Positions 23,512 to 25,317 of a DNA stretch of 25,317 nucleotides are shown here, one piece after another. Origin of the DNA: an uncultured virus (IMG/VR IMGVR_UViG_3300009168_000001) (lineage: Duplodnaviria; Heunggongvirae; Uroviricota; Caudoviricetes); the IMG/VR virus record IMGVR_UViG_3300009168_000001; one strand, given 5' to 3'. The position numbers and the translations under genes are program-made. The notes beneath the pieces were generated by a model that saw only the letters and a list, made by a program, of their open reading frames with translations, had not been told where the DNA came from and did not search any database. Within the stretch, counting starts at the first letter, position 1, and every line of letters starts with the position of its first letter.

Positions 23512-25003
23512 GCATCAGGGACCGCGCCGGCACGCGTGGGTGCAGATACTGGTGCATGGTCAGGACATCTCGACCAAGCTATTCCCGTATCTGATCTCGG
23601 TGCAGGTGGTGAACACCATCGAGAACGCGATGGACGAATGTCACATCGAGCTCGATGATCGCTATGGCGAGCTCCAGATTCCGCCCGACGATGCCGAGTT
23701 GCAGGTGGCGATGGGATGGGCCGGCGAAGGTCCGCGCCTGTTCGATTCAGGTCGCGGCCAGATGGGCTTCACGACGCCGGCTGGCAACGTGCTCGAAATG
23801 ACGCCGCAACAGATCGAGCAAGAGGCGAAGTTCGGCGGACCGGGTTTGCGTCTGGTGTTCGACGGCTACGTGACCAACGTCGAGTCGGGCTTTGGCCGGC
23901 GCGGTGGCGGTCGGCGGATGTGGATCGAGGCCAAGGGCCACAACGACAAGGGCAACGCGAAAGAGACGCAGAAGGATTATCTCGGGGCCGGCAAGGAGAG
24001 TGACGAGGAAAGCGGTGTTGGTGGCGGCGAGGGTGCCAGTGGTGTCGGTGGCGGCGGCGCTCCCGGCAGCGGACAGATTCCGCTCAAGGACATGATGACC
24101 AAGGTGTTCGGCATGGCCGGGATGCAGGTCGTGATGTCGCCATCGATGGAGAAGATTTCGCGCGACTACTGGAGCATCAACGACAGCGCGCAGAACTTCG
24201 GCAGGCGCATGGCGGCGGAGAACGGCGGCATCTTCAAGATCATGAAGAACAAGGCGGTGATGGTTGGCAGGCGCGAGGGTGTCGCTGCCGATGGCACGCC
24301 GATGCCGGTGATCGAAGCGATCTGGGGCATCAACCTGATCGGCTGGCGCATCAAGCCCTACGTCGGACGTCCGCAGTATGGCGAGGCAGCGTCGCGGTTC
24401 TTCAACATCAACAAGGGTGCATGGGAGACCATCAAGGGCGGGATCAAAGGCGGTACGCCGCACGGCGGCACCAACGCCATCGCGCACGCGGTCAACTCGG
24501 TTGTCGACAAAGGCCAAGCTGAGCAAACCAACAAGGGCACGGGCGATGACACCTCGTCCAAGCGTGGCATCGGATGGGTGTTGCTCAATGGCGAACCGCG
24601 CGCGCAGGCCGGCGGCTTCGTCTACATCGACGGCGCACGTCCCGGCATCGATGGCCAGTATGTGATGAGCGAGGTCGAGCACAACTACACGCGCGGCGTC
24701 GGCTTCACCACGCGCGCCAAGGTGACCGACCCGTCACCGAAGGCTGGCGGTTTCGCTTGGGAGCAAGACCCGGGGCCGGGCGATACGCCAGCGCCGCCGG
24801 CACCACCGCCGGCAGCCGGTGAACCGGGTGCGCCATCGCCGCCGATCTCGGGCGACAACTTCCAGACCACCGATCCAAACGCGCCGAACTATATCGACCC
24901 GACGCCAGTGACGCCGCCGATCTCCGGACCGCAGTCGTACACCGCCGAAGAGTTGGAAGCGATTAGGCGGGCGCAACCGGTCTCGCCGCCGATCTCGTTC
25001 TAA
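23504..25003 (+). CDS. gpD: Baseplate hub, P2 gpD (late control D)-like, with Pro-rich C-terminal tail
   Basis: V.G.DIS..L.P.LIS..V......D...I.LDD..G...IP..A...V.MGW, ..S...F.RR.A.E.G..FK, GEP.A.AG.......RPG.DG.Y....VEH...RG.GF.T motifs. Confidence 0.9.
   Translation: MVEHQGPRRHAWVQILVHGQDISTKLFPYLISVQVVNTIENAMDECHIELDDRYGELQIPPDDAELQVAMGWAGEGPRLFDSGRGQMGFTTPAGNVLEMTPQQIEQEAKFGGPGLRLVFDGYVTNVESGFGRRGGGRRMWIEAKGHNDKGNAKETQKDYLGAGKESDEESGVGGGEGASGVGGGGAPGSGQIPLKDMMTKVFGMAGMQVVMSPSMEKISRDYWSINDSAQNFGRRMAAENGGIFKIMKNKAVMVGRREGVAADGTPMPVIEAIWGINLIGWRIKPYVGRPQYGEAASRFFNINKGAWETIKGGIKGGTPHGGTNAIAHAVNSVVDKGQAEQTNKGTGDDTSSKRGIGWVLLNGEPRAQAGGFVYIDGARPGIDGQYVMSEVEHNYTRGVGFTTRAKVTDPSPKAGGFAWEQDPGPGDTPAPPAPPPAAGEPGAPSPPISGDNFQTTDPNAPNYIDPTPVTPPISGPQSYTAEELEAIRRAQPVSPPISF
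24837..24996 (+). repeat. Three in-frame copies of the 13-bp CGCCGCCGATCTC (peptide [ST]PPIS) in the gpD tail
   Basis: Copies at 24837-24849, 24912-24924 and 24984-24996; start-to-start spacing 75 and 72 nt. Confidence 0.85.
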
Positions 25004-25014
25004 GGGAGGACATC

Positions 25015-25317
25015 ATGGTTTCGATATGCATGAGCTCAGGTCACGGCAAATACATCCGTGGTGCCTCGGGTTATCTGGACGAAGTGAACGAAGCGCGGCG
25101 CGTGGTCGAGGAGGTGGCGCGGCTGATGCGCGGTGCCGGCGTCGATGTGGCGACCTATCACGACGATCTCTCGCATTCACAGGACGAGAACCTCAATCGC
25201 ATCGTCAACTGGCACAACGGCAAGTCGCGGACGCTCGACGTCTCGATCCACTTCAACGCCTATCAGACCACCAGCGCTGCGATGGGCACCGAGTGCCTGT
25301 ACCTGACGCAGAAGGAT
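25015..25317 (+). CDS. N-acetylmuramoyl-L-alanine amidase (Amidase_3) endolysin, 5' part (runs off window)
   Basis: Not in the ORF track. SD GGGAGG then ATG 25015: MVSICMSSGHGKYIRGASGYLDEVNEARRVV...LDVSIHFNAYQTTSAAMGTECLY. The zinc ligands His (GHG), Glu (DEV) and His (SIHFNA) are present. Confidence 0.92.
   Translation, partial: MVSICMSSGHGKYIRGASGYLDEVNEARRVVEEVARLMRGAGVDVATYHDDLSHSQDENLNRIVNWHNGKSRTLDVSIHFNAYQTTSAAMGTECLYLTQKD

Larger units (their letters stand above)
1..25317 (+). mobile_element. Myovirus-type phage/prophage virion morphogenesis (late) operon, truncated at both window ends
   Basis: About 33 co-oriented, abutting or overlapping ORFs, many with ATGA stop/start overlaps. 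They include recognisable capsid, protease, baseplate, sheath, tube, tape measure and endolysin genes in canonical order. Confidence 0.97.

Noticed and set aside
23747..24682. 311-aa antisense ORF inside gpD
   Set aside because: It is in mirror register with gpD codons and has the composition of an antisense shadow, with no independent evidence.
24837..24996. Regularly spaced 13-bp repeats as a mini CRISPR array
   Set aside because: The repeats are too short, non-palindromic and in frame within a CDS, encoding the same peptide. Spacers are about 60 nt, and there are no cas genes or leader.
7479..25003. Tailocin or extracellular contractile injection system
   Set aside because: A complete head module and head-tail joining genes are co-transcribed, and there are no eCIS ATPase or effector genes.
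1..25317. Alternative genetic code or stop-codon reassignment
   Set aside because: All recognisable genes are full length under the standard bacterial code, and TAA, TAG and TGA are all used as genuine stops.

Overview
This window is a single-strand (+), tightly packed, GC-rich late (virion morphogenesis) operon of a contractile-tailed dsDNA phage or prophage. The host is probably an alphaproteobacterium (Rhizobiales/Bradyrhizobium-like); this is an inference from protein-family resemblance. Gene order: 3' end of an IPT/TIG (Ig-like) protein, two Pro-rich small ORFs and two single-TM holin-like ORFs; a DUF2213 protease/scaffold, cement protein, DUF2184 major capsid and DUF4054 head module; neck/completion genes; a P2-type tail module (V, W, J, I, DUF4815-like protein, fibre, sheath, tube, chaperone, tape measure, U, X, D); and the 5' part of an Amidase_3 endolysin. 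Terminase and portal are not in the window. I found no RNA genes, CRISPR array, transposase, integrase or reverse transcriptase. All family assignments come from motif recognition and synteny, not database searches. The most notable observations: (1) a probable nested in-frame scaffold gene inside the DUF2213 ORF with its own strong RBS; (2) a lambda gpZ-like neck protein carrying a MuF/SPP1-gp7-type CxxC...HPHCRC metal-binding motif; (3) a tape measure protein with two tandem peptidoglycan hydrolase domains; (4) a 53-aa ORF, missed by the ORF track, translationally coupled between tube and chaperone; (5) a structured leader between sheath and tube; (6) no visible frameshift partner for the chaperone; (7) a spike gene with no tip; (8) an apparently split lysis cassette. 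I did not find a clearly new stand-alone biological system beyond this unusual mosaic virion module.
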